A stretch of DNA of 64,000 nucleotides. Source: an uncultured Bacilli bacterium. Lineage in GTDB: Bacteria; Bacillota_I; Bacilli_A; RF39; UBA660. The notes beneath the pieces were generated by a model, which was not told the DNA's origin, did no database searches, and saw only the letters and a program-made list of their open reading frames with translations. Positions 35,937 to 46,426 of this stretch are shown here, piece after piece (positions within the stretch are counted from its first letter, which is position 1; each line of letters begins with the position of its first letter). The stretch is taken from the NCBI GenBank assembly GCA_934096815.1, contig CAKOMY010000005.1, positions 46,807 through 110,806 on the forward strand, read 5' to 3'. The position numbers and the translations under genes are program-made.

Positions 35937-37127
35937 TTATCTACTATACCAATATGTATATTTATTTGGTAAATTAAGTGTCTTTTTAGCATCAAATAAA
36001 TTACTAATCCATGTACTATATGAACTATATGTTGAACCATACCATCCATAACCTAGCATGAAATGTAAGTGAGCTCCAGTTGAACAACTTTCCCAGCTTT
36101 GAGTCTTCCTTCCGCCACCAACATGTCCTATAACAGTTTCACTTGTTACTTTATCACCAACTTTAACATTTATATCTAATAAATGCATATAACCTGACGT
36201 ATATTTTTTCCCATTAATTGTATGATAAATATAAACTTGTCTACCACCACATATCTTCTTACTAGTGTTATCAATAATCATTCCTACTACCCCATTAGCG
36301 GTAGCATAAACATTAGTTCCTTCTGCATTACCACCAATATCAGTACCACTATGGAATCTATAACTTCCTCTAATTGGATCTATACGATATCCAAAATAAC
36401 TAGTAATAGTTCCTTTAATTAATGGTTTTCTAAACATAGTATCTCCTTTAACAGAAACACATTCATTTAAATCTTGATTATCTTTACAACCTAGTCCTTC
36501 ATAATATTTAATTAAAGAATTAATTCCATCTATTTGCTCTTGAATATCCATTGTTATATCACTAATTTTTTCTAAATCACTGCCAAGAGAATCAATACTA
36601 CTTTCAAGAGATGCTATTTTCTTATTAAGTTCTTCTTCCTGTTTAGCTAAATCAACTTGTAATTGTTCATTATAAGTAACTTTACTTTCCCAGGACTCTA
36701 TCTGACTATTATTATAGCCTAAAATTTGATTAACAACTTCATAACGATATACTAAATCAGCATAGCTTTCAGCCTGAAAAATATATTCTAAATAAATATT
36801 ATCACCTTGTAATAATTCATAAGAATTAATTAATCTTTTAATACTTTCCTTAGTACTAGCAATTTCATTATTTAATTCTTCAACTTCTTTTTTAGCGTTT
36901 GCAATCTTTTCTCTATTTTGAGTTATTTCATTTTGCGATGTATAAATATTATTTCTTGCACTTTCTATTTCATTATTAGTTCTTTTCTTTTTATATTCTT
37001 GATTAGCCTTCTTAGTTTTTAAAGCTGCAAGTTCACTTTTTAATTCTCCTAAAGTTCTTGCATTAGTAGCAAATACATTTGGAATAAATAATATAATAGT
37101 TAATAACAAAACAATAATCTTTTTCAT
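35937..37127 (-). CDS. M23 family metallopeptidase with N-terminal coiled coil (FtsEX-associated hydrolase/activator type)
   Basis: Signal peptide, long coiled coil, then HSGTDIG...YMHL...GAHLHFML (HxxxD and HxH zinc motifs). Its start overlaps the ftsX stop. Confidence 0.85.
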   Translation of the reverse strand: MKKIIVLLLTIILFIPNVFATNARTLGELKSELAALKTKKANQEYKKKRTNNEIESARNNIYTSQNEITQNREKIANAKKEVEELNNEIASTKESIKRLINSYELLQGDNIYLEYIFQAESYADLVYRYEVVNQILGYNNSQIESWESKVTYNEQLQVDLAKQEEELNKKIASLESSIDSLGSDLEKISDITMDIQEQIDGINSLIKYYEGLGCKDNQDLNECVSVKGDTMFRKPLIKGTITSYFGYRIDPIRGSYRFHSGTDIGGNAEGTNVYATANGVVGMIIDNTSKKICGGRQVYIYHTINGKKYTSGYMHLLDINVKVGDKVTSETVIGHVGGGRKTQSWESCSTGAHLHFMLGYGWYGSTYSSYSTWISNLFDAKKTLNLPNKYTYWYSR

Positions 37128-38032
37128 ATTGTTAAATACTTTCTAACAGCCTTAACTGATGAGAACGCTCCTATTACAGTACCAATTAATATTAATAATA
37201 ATGATACCTTATAAACAACTTCTCCCGGACTAACTAAAGTAAGAATATTCATAATATTTGATAAATTAACTGTATTTAAAGCATTATAGGCATAACTATA
37301 ACCAAATATAGTGATAAGAACAGGAACTATACTACCTATAAAGCCAATAAAGAATCCTTCAATAAAGAAAGGTAACTTAATAACTATATTACTAGTTCCT
37401 ACTAATCTCATAATATCTATTTCTCTCTTCCTAGAGAAAATAGTAATTTTAATTGTATTATTAATTAAAAAGGCCGTAACTAATATAAGTCCAATAACTA
37501 AGCCAATTGTAACTTTTTTAATTGCTTCAAAAACTTTAATTAAATCATTAACAGTTGTTTCTCCATATTTAACTAAAGAAACTTTTTCTAAATTCTTAAT
37601 AGTTGTAGCAGTCTCGTTTATATCTTTAACATTTTTTACATCAACGATAAATGAATCTTGTAAAGGATTTTCTCCTTCTTCCCAAGTACTTATTATTTTA
37701 TTAAAAGTATCATTCTCATTAGCCATACTATTTTTAATATCTTCTTTAGATTTAAATGTTACATTTTTAATATTATCAATATTTTTTAAATCTTCTTTGG
37801 TTTTACTTAGTTCATCACTTGTAATATCTTTATCCATAAATATAACAATTGTTAATTCATCTTCAATATTTTTAGTAACATTGTTGATATTATATGAAAG
37901 TAGCATTCCAATAGATACTAATATTAAAGTAATAATAGAACAAGTAATAGATGCCATACTTAAACTAAAATTACGTAATATACTTTTTCCAGCATTTTGA
38001 ATGCTTCTTGAAATAATTCTAAATATCTTCAT
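37124..38032 (-). CDS. ftsX: Cell division permease-like protein FtsX
   Basis: Four TM helices, a large extracytoplasmic loop, REIDIMRLVG motif. Follows ftsE. Confidence 0.85.
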   Translation of the reverse strand: MKIFRIISRSIQNAGKSILRNFSLSMASITCSIITLILVSIGMLLSYNINNVTKNIEDELTIVIFMDKDITSDELSKTKEDLKNIDNIKNVTFKSKEDIKNSMANENDTFNKIISTWEEGENPLQDSFIVDVKNVKDINETATTIKNLEKVSLVKYGETTVNDLIKVFEAIKKVTIGLVIGLILVTAFLINNTIKITIFSRKREIDIMRLVGTSNIVIKLPFFIEGFFIGFIGSIVPVLITIFGYSYAYNALNTVNLSNIMNILTLVSPGEVVYKVSLLLILIGTVIGAFSSVKAVRKYLTI

Positions 38033-38720
38033 TTACTTTATATCTTCCTTTCGCATAATCTCCACTAATTAAGCCATTCTTAATTACGATTACTCTTTTT
38101 TTCATTCTATTAACGATATCTTGATCATGAGTTGCCATAACAACAGTTGTACCTGTTTCTTTATTAATTTTATCAATTACATCCATTATTTCTTTACTTG
38201 TTTCAGGATCTAGATTACCAGTTGGCTCATCGCAAATTAATAATTTAGGTTTATTAACTATTGCTCTAGCAATACATACTCTTTGTTGTTCACCACCTGA
38301 TAATTCATAGGGAAATGATCTTGTTTTATTAGATAGTCCAACCTGTTCTAAGGCATCAAGTACCATTGGTCTTATCTCTTTTGAACTAAGTCCATAACTC
38401 TCTAATGGATATGCAACATTTTCATAGGCAGTTAATTTAGGAAGTAATTTGTAATCTTGGAAAACAATTCCTATTTTTCTTCTTAATTTATAAATTTTAC
38501 TGTTTCTTAGTTTGGCTACATTTACTCCACCAACTGTAACATTTCCTTTACTAGGTTTTTCTTCACGATAAAGCAATTTAATCAAGGTTGATTTACCAGA
38601 TGCAGTTTGACCAATTATAAAGCAAAAATCACCTTTTTTTATTTTTAAATTTACTCCAGCAAGTCCTGTTACACCATTTTTATATATTTTATATACATCT
38701 TTAAGTTCTATAAATTCCAT
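38019..38720 (-). CDS. ftsE: Cell division ATP-binding protein FtsE
   Basis: MEFIELKDVYKIY..., Walker A GQTASGKST, signature LSGGEQQR, Walker B LLICDEPTGNLD. Confidence 0.9.
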   Translation of the reverse strand: MEFIELKDVYKIYKNGVTGLAGVNLKIKKGDFCFIIGQTASGKSTLIKLLYREEKPSKGNVTVGGVNVAKLRNSKIYKLRRKIGIVFQDYKLLPKLTAYENVAYPLESYGLSSKEIRPMVLDALEQVGLSNKTRSFPYELSGGEQQRVCIARAIVNKPKLLICDEPTGNLDPETSKEIMDVIDKINKETGTTVVMATHDQDIVNRMKKRVIVIKNGLISGDYAKGRYKVNEDI

Positions 38721-38825
38721 CAAAACATCTCTACTTTCTATTGTAAACAATTAAATTATATCATATATTGACAATTTTTGCGTACCAATTTATGGCTATT
38801 TACACATAAGAAAAAAATAGTCCCT

Positions 38826-39746
38826 TTATACCTTATTATTTTCTTCCTTTTCTTTATGTTTTTTGACAATATCATTTAACTTGCGAAAATGATGATTTAT
38901 TCCTGACTTTGTAATAGTTTTATCAGTTTCCATTGAAACTATTTTAGCTAATTCATCCATAGAAGTATCAGGATATTTTATTTTATATTCTAATATTTCT
39001 TTGGTGCGGTCATCTAAAAGAATCATTAAATCATTTTCTTTTAAATAATTGATATTATTAATTATAATGGAACTATTTTTCAAACTTTTTTCTAAATTAG
39101 CTTGTTCACAATTATTTAATCTATTAACCATATTTTTGTGATCTTTGTAGATTCTTATATCTTCAAAGTAAAATAAAGCGTTAATTGCATTTAAATATTT
39201 AATAAAATCACTTATTTGTTCACTCTTCTTAATATAAACCATATATTCATGTTCTCTTTTTATTATTTTACTATCAAACTTTAAATAATGAAGTAATCTA
39301 TTTATTAATTTTGAAATATTTTCTTCTTTTACTAAAAATTCTAAATGGTAGACGTTCTTTTTGGGGTCATTAATACTACCACTTGATAAAAATACTCCCT
39401 TTAAAAAAGCAACTTTTTCTTCTTTACTACCATTTATTATATTGTTCATGGTGCTATCGATATCTTTGGTTATAATGTCTACTTTATTTTTTATTTCTAG
39501 AATATATATGTTTCTTTTTTTAAATCTTTTAATAGTTCTTGAAGTTAAGTGAATATCGACATTGTAAAATTGTTTTAAAAGTTTAAATATCCATCTAGCA
39601 GTAGATGCATTTTCTGTATAAATAGTTATGGATTTATTAGTTATATCACTATTTAATTTAAGATATATGCAAAGTGAGATTAAAGCATCAGGTGAAGCAT
39701 AATCATCTTTTGTAATTTCATCTTTTATTTGGGTAGTAAAGGTCAT
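38826..39746 (-). CDS. whiA: DNA-binding sporulation/cell-division regulator WhiA
   Basis: MTFTTQIKDEI..., LAGLIDADG-like middle region (FLKGVFLSSGSINDP) and a C-terminal HTH (TSMDELAKIV...ITKSGINHHFRKL). Confidence 0.9.
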   Translation of the reverse strand: MTFTTQIKDEITKDDYASPDALISLCIYLKLNSDITNKSITIYTENASTARWIFKLLKQFYNVDIHLTSRTIKRFKKRNIYILEIKNKVDIITKDIDSTMNNIINGSKEEKVAFLKGVFLSSGSINDPKKNVYHLEFLVKEENISKLINRLLHYLKFDSKIIKREHEYMVYIKKSEQISDFIKYLNAINALFYFEDIRIYKDHKNMVNRLNNCEQANLEKSLKNSSIIINNINYLKENDLMILLDDRTKEILEYKIKYPDTSMDELAKIVSMETDKTITKSGINHHFRKLNDIVKKHKEKEENNKV

Positions 39747-39762
39747 TTAAATCACTTCTTTT

Positions 39763-40740
39763 CTATTTTTTATTTATTAATAGTGTTACTAGGTTTTGGG
39801 GATTTTCATTATTAACAATTATTTTATATATTATGTCAATTATTGGCATTTTAATTTTTTTCTTTCTAACTAAATTATAAATACTTTTTAAAGTATAGTA
39901 TCCCTCTACTGTATTATCTTGTAAGAATTTATCTTGTTCTTCTTTAGGGACTCCACTTCCAACTAATTTACCAAACTTAAAATTACGACTTTTAGGTGAT
40001 GTACAAGTTAAAAGTAAATCTCCAACTCCCGCAAATGACAAGCAAGTTTTAGGATTTCCGCCTAGCGCCTTTATAAGTTCTTTAATATCATTTAAAGATT
40101 CAGTTATTAAAAAACTTTGAGTAGATTCAGGATAATTCATTCCACCTAACATACCTGCTGCTAAGGCAATAACATTTTTTATACTTCCACATATTTGGAC
40201 CCCTATTAAATCAATTGTTTCTCTTAATTTGACTGAGTCACTAACTAAGGACTGTTTAATAAGTTTAACAGATTTTTTACTAAGGGATGCAATAGATAAA
40301 CCAACTGGATAATTATTTGCCATATCAACAGCAAATGATGGTCCTGAAATAATAGCAATATGTTTAGTTTTTAATTTTTCATAAGCAATATCACTTAAAA
40401 ATTTACAGCTTACATTTTCAATACCTTTTGATGCAATACACACTATTGTCTTTTTAGTAATGTAAGGATTAATTTCATCACATATTTTTCCAACATAATG
40501 CGCTGTTGTCATTATAAAAATTATATCTTTATTTAAACAAGCTTCTTTAATATCATTAGTTAATTTAATTTCTTTAGGTATTTTTACATCATTTATTAAA
40601 CTTTTGATTTCATTATTTTCTTTATAAAATTTATATTTATCTTCATTTTCAGTCCACATTATTACGTTATTGTTATTTTTAAGTAGCATCATAGCCATAG
40701 CTTGCCCATAAGCACCTGTTCCAATTAGTCCAATATTCAT
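39763..40740 (-). CDS. gpsA: NAD(P)H-dependent glycerol-3-phosphate dehydrogenase
   Basis: MNIGLIGTGAYGQAMA (Rossmann), GPSFA, GSIKNVIALAAGM, GDLLLTCTSPKSRN. Confidence 0.9.
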   Translation of the reverse strand: MNIGLIGTGAYGQAMAMMLLKNNNNVIMWTENEDKYKFYKENNEIKSLINDVKIPKEIKLTNDIKEACLNKDIIFIMTTAHYVGKICDEINPYITKKTIVCIASKGIENVSCKFLSDIAYEKLKTKHIAIISGPSFAVDMANNYPVGLSIASLSKKSVKLIKQSLVSDSVKLRETIDLIGVQICGSIKNVIALAAGMLGGMNYPESTQSFLITESLNDIKELIKALGGNPKTCLSFAGVGDLLLTCTSPKSRNFKFGKLVGSGVPKEEQDKFLQDNTVEGYYTLKSIYNLVRKKKIKMPIIDIIYKIIVNNENPQNLVTLLINKK

Positions 40741-40856
40741 AAACTCTCTCTTTCTAACAACAAAAAGTATATCATAATAAATATATTTAATCTATTTAAT
40801 ATCTTTGTTTATTAGAAGAGTTATTTAACTTTATAATAATCTTATAAGCTTTTGAT

Positions 40857-41444
40857 TTATTCTTCTATATTTTCTTTTTCATAATATGAATTAATATATT
40901 CAAGGTTATCTCGTATGTTTGCTGGAAAATCATTTTTTCTTTTTTTAAATAATGCGATCATTTTATAGTTTTTATCAAAAAATAAATCCATAAAAATTGA
41001 TTCTTTAGGTTTGATTTTAAAAAACTCAGATTTTAATTGTCCACCTTCATTGTAAATAAGTAAATATTGACAGGCTGATTTCATAAATTCAAATGCTATA
41101 TTATTAAAGGCATTTTCATAATATACTGTCCAATCTTCATTTTTCTTTTCAAGACATCTTTTCTTTTTTCTAGGAATATAATCTAATATTAAATCCTTGT
41201 CAACTATCTTACTTTTATAATCCGGTCCAAAATGTGGAATATTACTTTCACCAATAAAAAACAATTCTATATCAGTATATGTTAATTTTTCATTAATAGC
41301 ATCTTTTAATATTTCAAGCTCATGACTATTAATATTTGATATATCAAATATTATTTCTTTATCCAAAACACATTTTATTACGTTAACACATATTGTTTCT
41401 ACCTTTTTTGTCTTAGAGTTTTCAATATCTATATAACTCTTCAT
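40857..41444 (-). CDS. Hypothetical protein (195 aa)
   Basis: ORF only. Confidence 0.45.
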   Translation of the reverse strand: MKSYIDIENSKTKKVETICVNVIKCVLDKEIIFDISNINSHELEILKDAINEKLTYTDIELFFIGESNIPHFGPDYKSKIVDKDLILDYIPRKKKRCLEKKNEDWTVYYENAFNNIAFEFMKSACQYLLIYNEGGQLKSEFFKIKPKESIFMDLFFDKNYKMIALFKKRKNDFPANIRDNLEYINSYYEKENIEE

Positions 41445-41599
41445 AATTTCAACTCCTTTTTTATTAAACTATTTTTTATTTTTTTAGCAATATCTTATAC
41501 CAAGTTTAATCTATGATATTTTGTTTGTATTGTCAATACTTTTTGGCATTAAGTATATTTATTTGCTGGATTTTATGATAAGATTAATTTGGTGATAGA

Positions 41600-41974
41600 A
41601 TGGATTGTTTATTTTGTAAAATTAATAAAAATGATTGTGATTCTTTGTGCATTTATGAAGATGATATTGTTAAAGTAATACTAGATGCTTATCCTGATGC
41701 TAATGGTCACACTTTAATTATACCTAAAAAACATATAACAGATATTGATGAAATGGATAATGAAACTTTAGGTCATATTAATGATGTTGCTAAAAAAATG
41801 CGTAAATTGTTATTTGATGCATTAAATCCAGATGGTATGGTATTCTTAGTTAACTATGGAATGACTCAAGTTATTAAACATTATCATTTACATTTAATTC
41901 CTGTTTATAAGAAGAAACAAGAAATTATCGATCGAAATGTTATTTATGAAAAAATAATGAACGTAAATAAATAG
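41600..41974 (+). CDS. HIT-family (histidine triad) protein
   Basis: CLFCKI...HTLIIPKKHI...HYHLHLIP histidine triad. Confidence 0.85.
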   Translation: MDCLFCKINKNDCDSLCIYEDDIVKVILDAYPDANGHTLIIPKKHITDIDEMDNETLGHINDVAKKMRKLLFDALNPDGMVFLVNYGMTQVIKHYHLHLIPVYKKKQEIIDRNVIYEKIMNVNK

Positions 41975-41980
41975 ATAAAA
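41759..41980 (+). repeat. 222-bp direct repeat, copy 1 (3-prime half of the HIT gene)
   Basis: Near-identical to 42465-42686, with about four mismatches seen by eye. Confidence 0.85.
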
Positions 41981-42049
41981 TTTAATATTGGATTATATTC
42001 CTAGAAAAAATGCATTGAAGTGAAAATACGTAGATAATAGGAGAATATT

Positions 42050-42358
42050 ATGCAAAATTTATTTGATAATTATTTAAAAAATGGCTTATCTGAATATGAT
42101 TCAAAATATTTGTCAACATATCAATATGTAATGTTATTGTCAAAAAATAATATTATTAAAGCTTATTTTGCTAATGTTGATTATACATATTTTATTGAAT
42201 ATCCGACATCTGATAAAGAGTATAATGCACCATTAGAGGTATTAGAAAGTGAAATGTTGCTCACTGGTTGTGATGTAGGAATAATTTATGAAAATGTTAA
42301 CGGACAATTTAAGACAATAGCCTTTGTTGATTTAAAAGAAAACATTCGTAAGATGTAA
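42050..42358 (+). CDS. Hypothetical protein (102 aa) bracketed by the HIT 3-prime repeats
   Basis: ORF with an AGGAGA SD 7 nt upstream and a strong terminator downstream. Confidence 0.45.
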   Translation: MQNLFDNYLKNGLSEYDSKYLSTYQYVMLLSKNNIIKAYFANVDYTYFIEYPTSDKEYNAPLEVLESEMLLTGCDVGIIYENVNGQFKTIAFVDLKENIRKM

Positions 42359-42364
42359 AAAATA

Positions 42365-42410
42365 AAAAGATTATTAGCTTATATTTTAGTTAATAATCTT
42401 TTTATTTTTT
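42365..42410 (+). terminator. Intrinsic terminator
   Basis: 12-bp stem AAAAGATTATTA (42365-42376) pairing with TAATAATCTTTT (42391-42402), followed by a T-run. Confidence 0.6.
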
Positions 42411-42464
42411 AATACTTACTCAACTACCAATTAAATAGTTTTTAAATAAATTATAGTCAACTTT

Positions 42465-42686
42465 AATGAAACTTTAGGTCATATTAATGATGTAGCTAAA
42501 AAAATACGTAAATTGTTATTTGATGCATTAAATCCAGATGGTATGGTATTCTTAGTAAACTATGGAATGACTCAAGTTATTAAACATTATCATTTACATT
42601 TAATTCCTGTTTATAAGAAGAAACAAGAAATTATCGATCGAAATGTTATTTATGAAAAAATAATGAATGTAAATAAATAGATAAAA
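42465..42686 (+). repeat. 222-bp direct repeat, copy 2 (orphan duplicate of the HIT gene 3-prime half including its stop)
   Basis: AATGAAACTTTAGGTCATATTAATGATGTAGC...GTAAATAAATAGATAAAA is offset 706 bp from copy 1. It has no upstream HIT 5-prime half. Confidence 0.85.
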
Positions 42687-42714
42687 ATCTTGAAATTTCG
42701 TTTATTATTTGCTA

Positions 42715-43611
42715 TTAATTCCATAAATTATTAGGATATAGTCCTTGTTTAACCATTTCATTTATAGCACTAACAAGTAATTCTTTATCTTCTTTATATG
42801 TCATTCCATACCAAACTGCTGATGTCGATAAAGCTTTAACCTTTATTTTATTATCTTTTATTCCTTTACAAACTACATCTGGTAGTAAATATTCACAAGT
42901 TTGTAAATTATCTTTGTTATCCTTAAAAAAAATATCAAATTCGTTTTCTAATAATTCAAATATTTTGGGAGTAAACGCAAACATATTCATTGAAACTAAA
43001 CTATTATTTTCAATATAGAAACTATTTTCTTCATTTAAAGGTGTTGCTTTTATTAAATGCTGTTCCTTTTCTAAACTGCTTTCAATTAAAGTATCTAAAT
43101 AACCATTTGTTATTTTTAATACCCCTCTTTTTACTGCTCCGACATTTGTTAATGTATTACCAGCTATATAACTTATATTAGCAAATTCATTATTATTTTG
43201 ATTATTTTTTAGAAAACTACTAGCAACTTTAAATGCATCATAACCATAAAAATCATCTGAATTTATAACTACAAAATTATTTTTAACGACATCTTTACAG
43301 CATAAAATTGCATGAGCTGTTCCTAATGGTTTAACCCTAGTATCAGGTAGATTAACCCATTTTGGTACATTATCATTATTTTGAAAAACATAAACAGTTT
43401 CGATGTTTTTTTCAATTCTCTTTCCTATTGTTTCTCTAAATAAATCATAATTTTCTTCTTTAATTATAAACACTACTCGATTAAATCCCGTTTTAATGGC
43501 ATCATAAATTGAGTAATCTATAATAAATTCTCCATTCTTGTGTACTTTTTCAATTTGTTTTAAACCACCAAATCTTGATCCCATTCCAGCTGCCATAATT
43601 ACTAAATCCAT
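42715..43611 (-). CDS. Sugar-phosphate nucleotidyltransferase family protein
   Basis: MDLVIMAAGMGSRFGGLKQ (G-x-G-x-R...K NTP-transferase signature), GTAHAI, NSDDFYG. Confidence 0.7.
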   Translation of the reverse strand: MDLVIMAAGMGSRFGGLKQIEKVHKNGEFIIDYSIYDAIKTGFNRVVFIIKEENYDLFRETIGKRIEKNIETVYVFQNNDNVPKWVNLPDTRVKPLGTAHAILCCKDVVKNNFVVINSDDFYGYDAFKVASSFLKNNQNNNEFANISYIAGNTLTNVGAVKRGVLKITNGYLDTLIESSLEKEQHLIKATPLNEENSFYIENNSLVSMNMFAFTPKIFELLENEFDIFFKDNKDNLQTCEYLLPDVVCKGIKDNKIKVKALSTSAVWYGMTYKEDKELLVSAINEMVKQGLYPNNLWN

Positions 43612-43672
43612 ACTTTTAACTCCTATCTCTAATTAAATTATATCTTATATTTATTTTGTTGTAAAAATAATT

Positions 43673-44869
43673 TTATTTAAAATATTTAATTGTAAATGTT
43701 GTGCCATCATTACTTGATTCAACACTTATTTTTCCATTTTGTTTTTCAATTATACTTTTAGATAAGGCAAGTCCAATACCTATGCTATCATAATCAGAAT
43801 CTTTACCTTTGTAAAATCTTTCAAATATATGATTAATATCTTCTTTTGCTATACCGGTGCCAAAGTCTTTAATTGTAATTTTAACATAAGCATTATTTTC
43901 ACTACTTTCAATTAATACTTTATTATTTTCATATGAATGTTCAACTGAATTCTTTAAAATATTAGTTAATGCTTCTATTTGCCATTTATAATCACAATTA
44001 ATAAATGAATCACTTAAATTAGTTTCTATTTTTACATTTTTTAAATCACTTAATAAAGAAACATTTAAAATAGCTTCATTAATTATTTCTTTAACACTTT
44101 CTTTTTTACTTATAAATTTTACAGTGTTTGTATCTAATCTTGATAATTTTAAAATTGATTTAACTAAAAAATTAATATTCATAACTTCTCTTTTCATATT
44201 TCTTAAGAAGTCTTCTCTAGTATTTTGATCCATATCCTCATCATCTAATAAGGTATCAATCATTATTAGAATACTTGTTAATGGAGTCTTTAATTGATGT
44301 GATATATCCTCTAAGCTTTCTTCAAGTTCTTTTTTATCTTTTTTAGATATTTCACTTATTTCATTTAACATAATAGTTGTCTTATATATTTCATTTTTAA
44401 GTAACGATAAATCTTCTTCATTAATATCTTTCATTTTAAAACTATAATTTTTATTATTTATTTCTTCAATTATTTTTATAACTTCATTTATTTCTTTATC
44501 TTTCTTTTTATCATTATTAATAATTATTGTTAGATATACTAAACAAATAATTAAATATATAAACAATAGGATAAAAAAGTAACTTACAAATATAGTTTTA
44601 TTTTCTTTAATTAACACTATTCCGTCTAAATCAAAACTATATCTATTAAAAATGCTCGTTTTAACATTGTTTTTTATTATATCAAATAATTCATCATCTT
44701 TTATTTCAGGATATTTTTCTTTAATAGTGCTGATAATATTCACTATTTTATTATTATAATTTTTATTTACGTGATAATATAACATGACATTAAGTAGAAT
44801 AATAATTCCAAATGTTATTAAAGTAAATATTATTAATTTTGAATATTTCTTTTTATTTTTCATTGTCAA
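43673..44869 (-). CDS. Sensor histidine kinase (OmpR-partner, HisKA type)
   Basis: Two TM helices, H-box SHQLKTPLTSI, N-box LTNILKNSVEH, G-boxes DFGTGI and GIGLALSK. Confidence 0.85.
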   Translation of the reverse strand: MTMKNKKKYSKLIIFTLITFGIIILLNVMLYYHVNKNYNNKIVNIISTIKEKYPEIKDDELFDIIKNNVKTSIFNRYSFDLDGIVLIKENKTIFVSYFFILLFIYLIICLVYLTIIINNDKKKDKEINEVIKIIEEINNKNYSFKMKDINEEDLSLLKNEIYKTTIMLNEISEISKKDKKELEESLEDISHQLKTPLTSILIMIDTLLDDEDMDQNTREDFLRNMKREVMNINFLVKSILKLSRLDTNTVKFISKKESVKEIINEAILNVSLLSDLKNVKIETNLSDSFINCDYKWQIEALTNILKNSVEHSYENNKVLIESSENNAYVKITIKDFGTGIAKEDINHIFERFYKGKDSDYDSIGIGLALSKSIIEKQNGKISVESSNDGTTFTIKYFK

Positions 44870-45512
44870 TCCTATAACCTATCCCTTTTACTGTTATTAT
44901 AATATCTGTATTAATTTTTTCTCTAATTCTTTTTAAGTAAACTGTAATTGTATGATCATCTACATCATTTCCAGTCCATTCCCATATTTTATCTAATAAT
45001 AAATTACGAGTAACTACTTTATTGATATTAATAAATAATAAATTTAGTATTTTTAGTTCTAATGAAGATAACTCTATTTTTTGATTATTCTTATAAACTT
45101 CCATTTTATCATAATTGTAAGTTATATCTTTAATTTTAATTGTAGAATTATTGTTTTTCCTTACCATAATACGATTAATTCTAGTAAGTAATTCTTTCAT
45201 ACTAAATGGTTTAGTAATATATTCATTAACACCTAACTCTAATCCTTTAACAACATTATCTTCATCATCAACGGCTGTTAAAATAATTGTTGGTATATTT
45301 AAATCTTTAATATTATTTTCATATAAATTAAAACCATTTCCATCTGGTAAAGTTACATCTAAAATTATTAAATCAATCTTATTATTACTATTTAAATAAT
45401 TAATGGAGTCACTTATATTTGTTTTTGCAACAACTTGATAATTATTTTGTTCTAAATTATATTTTATCCCTTTAATTATACTAAGATTATCTTCAATTAA
45501 TAAAATATTCAT
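44853..45512 (-). CDS. OmpR-family response regulator
   Basis: MNILLIEDN...DLIILDVTLPDGNG...KPF plus a winged helix (TITVYLKRIREKI...VKGIGYRI). Confidence 0.9.
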   Translation of the reverse strand: MNILLIEDNLSIIKGIKYNLEQNNYQVVAKTNISDSINYLNSNNKIDLIILDVTLPDGNGFNLYENNIKDLNIPTIILTAVDDEDNVVKGLELGVNEYITKPFSMKELLTRINRIMVRKNNNSTIKIKDITYNYDKMEVYKNNQKIELSSLELKILNLLFININKVVTRNLLLDKIWEWTGNDVDDHTITVYLKRIREKINTDIIITVKGIGYRIDNEK

Positions 45513-45530
45513 AATTATATTCCTTTCTTT

Positions 45531-46397
45531 TTAATTAATATTTAATGTATTAATAATTTGTTCTAAATAATTTATATCATTAAATTCACTAATTGCAAAA
45601 CATTTTTTACCTAAATCTTTAAAACTTGCTCCACATGTGTATAATTTGCTTCTATCTAGTATTATAAAACGATCATAAAATGAGTTATTATCTATAAACT
45701 CAACATTTTTATATTGCTTTGTATATTTTTCTTTAAGAACGCTATCAACATTTTTAGAAACTATAATAATTTTTAAATTTATATCTTTAAGAATATCTAA
45801 TAATTCTTTGCTAGCATAATTATCAATAATTATTATTTCAGTTCTTGCTTTATTTAAGATATCTACAAGAATTGAATAAGCATCATATATTTGACCTTCA
45901 AAAAATATTTTCTTTATTTTTTGTTCTTTAAATGAATCTAGGGTATTTTCAAGTAATTGAATTCTATTTTCGTGATTTAACAATAATTCATTAGTGTTAA
46001 AATTATTAGCAAAATATCTTCTCATTTTAACAAAAGCATCAATGATTTGGATATTTACTTTAACAGCTATATCACTTTTTAATAAACCTGATAACATCAT
46101 AATTCCTTGTTCCGTTAGAACATATGGAAGATATTTGTAGTGTTGCCCTCTTAAATTATTGCTTTTGTTTAAGGTTGCAAATTGTGACCTTAAAGATAAT
46201 CTATCTATTTCCTCATCAGTTAGTTGAAAACAAAATGTACTTGGAAATCTATCTATATTTCGTTTAATTACCTGATTTAATCGCTTAGTTTCAATTTGAT
46301 ATAGTATAGCAACATCCGAAGATAACATTACTTGCACCCCTCTTACTTCAAAAATCATATTTTCTATTTGTTTATCTTTTATTATAATTTCATTCAT
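45531..46397 (-). CDS. ORF6N-domain protein (KilA-N-related DNA-binding, prophage/ICE-associated)
   Basis: IFEVRGVQVMLSSDVAILYQIETKRLNQVIKRNIDRFPSTFCFQLTDEE...LPYVLTEQGIMMLSGLLKSDIAVKVNIQIIDAFVKMR is the ORF6N pattern. Confidence 0.7.
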   Translation of the reverse strand: MNEIIIKDKQIENMIFEVRGVQVMLSSDVAILYQIETKRLNQVIKRNIDRFPSTFCFQLTDEEIDRLSLRSQFATLNKSNNLRGQHYKYLPYVLTEQGIMMLSGLLKSDIAVKVNIQIIDAFVKMRRYFANNFNTNELLLNHENRIQLLENTLDSFKEQKIKKIFFEGQIYDAYSILVDILNKARTEIIIIDNYASKELLDILKDINLKIIIVSKNVDSVLKEKYTKQYKNVEFIDNNSFYDRFIILDRSKLYTCGASFKDLGKKCFAISEFNDINYLEQIINTLNIN

Positions 46398-46426
46398 TAA
46401 ATCCTCATTTTCTATTACAAATCGTG

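Noticed and set aside
37311-38000. 229-aa plus-strand ORF, and similar antisense ORFs (2854-3084, 9951-10229, 12596-12949, 12882-13082, 13448-13648, 13930-14151, 14724-15116, 22766-22957, 23584-23814, 26730-26942, 28456-28728, 36222-36422, 39361-39552, 42990-43181, 45151-45399, 56518-56724, 56847-57259, 57834-58025, 58705-58893)
   Set aside because: All lie antisense inside well-supported genes, encode low-complexity Ile/Leu/Phe/Ser-rich sequence typical of AT-rich antisense frames, and lack SD sequences.
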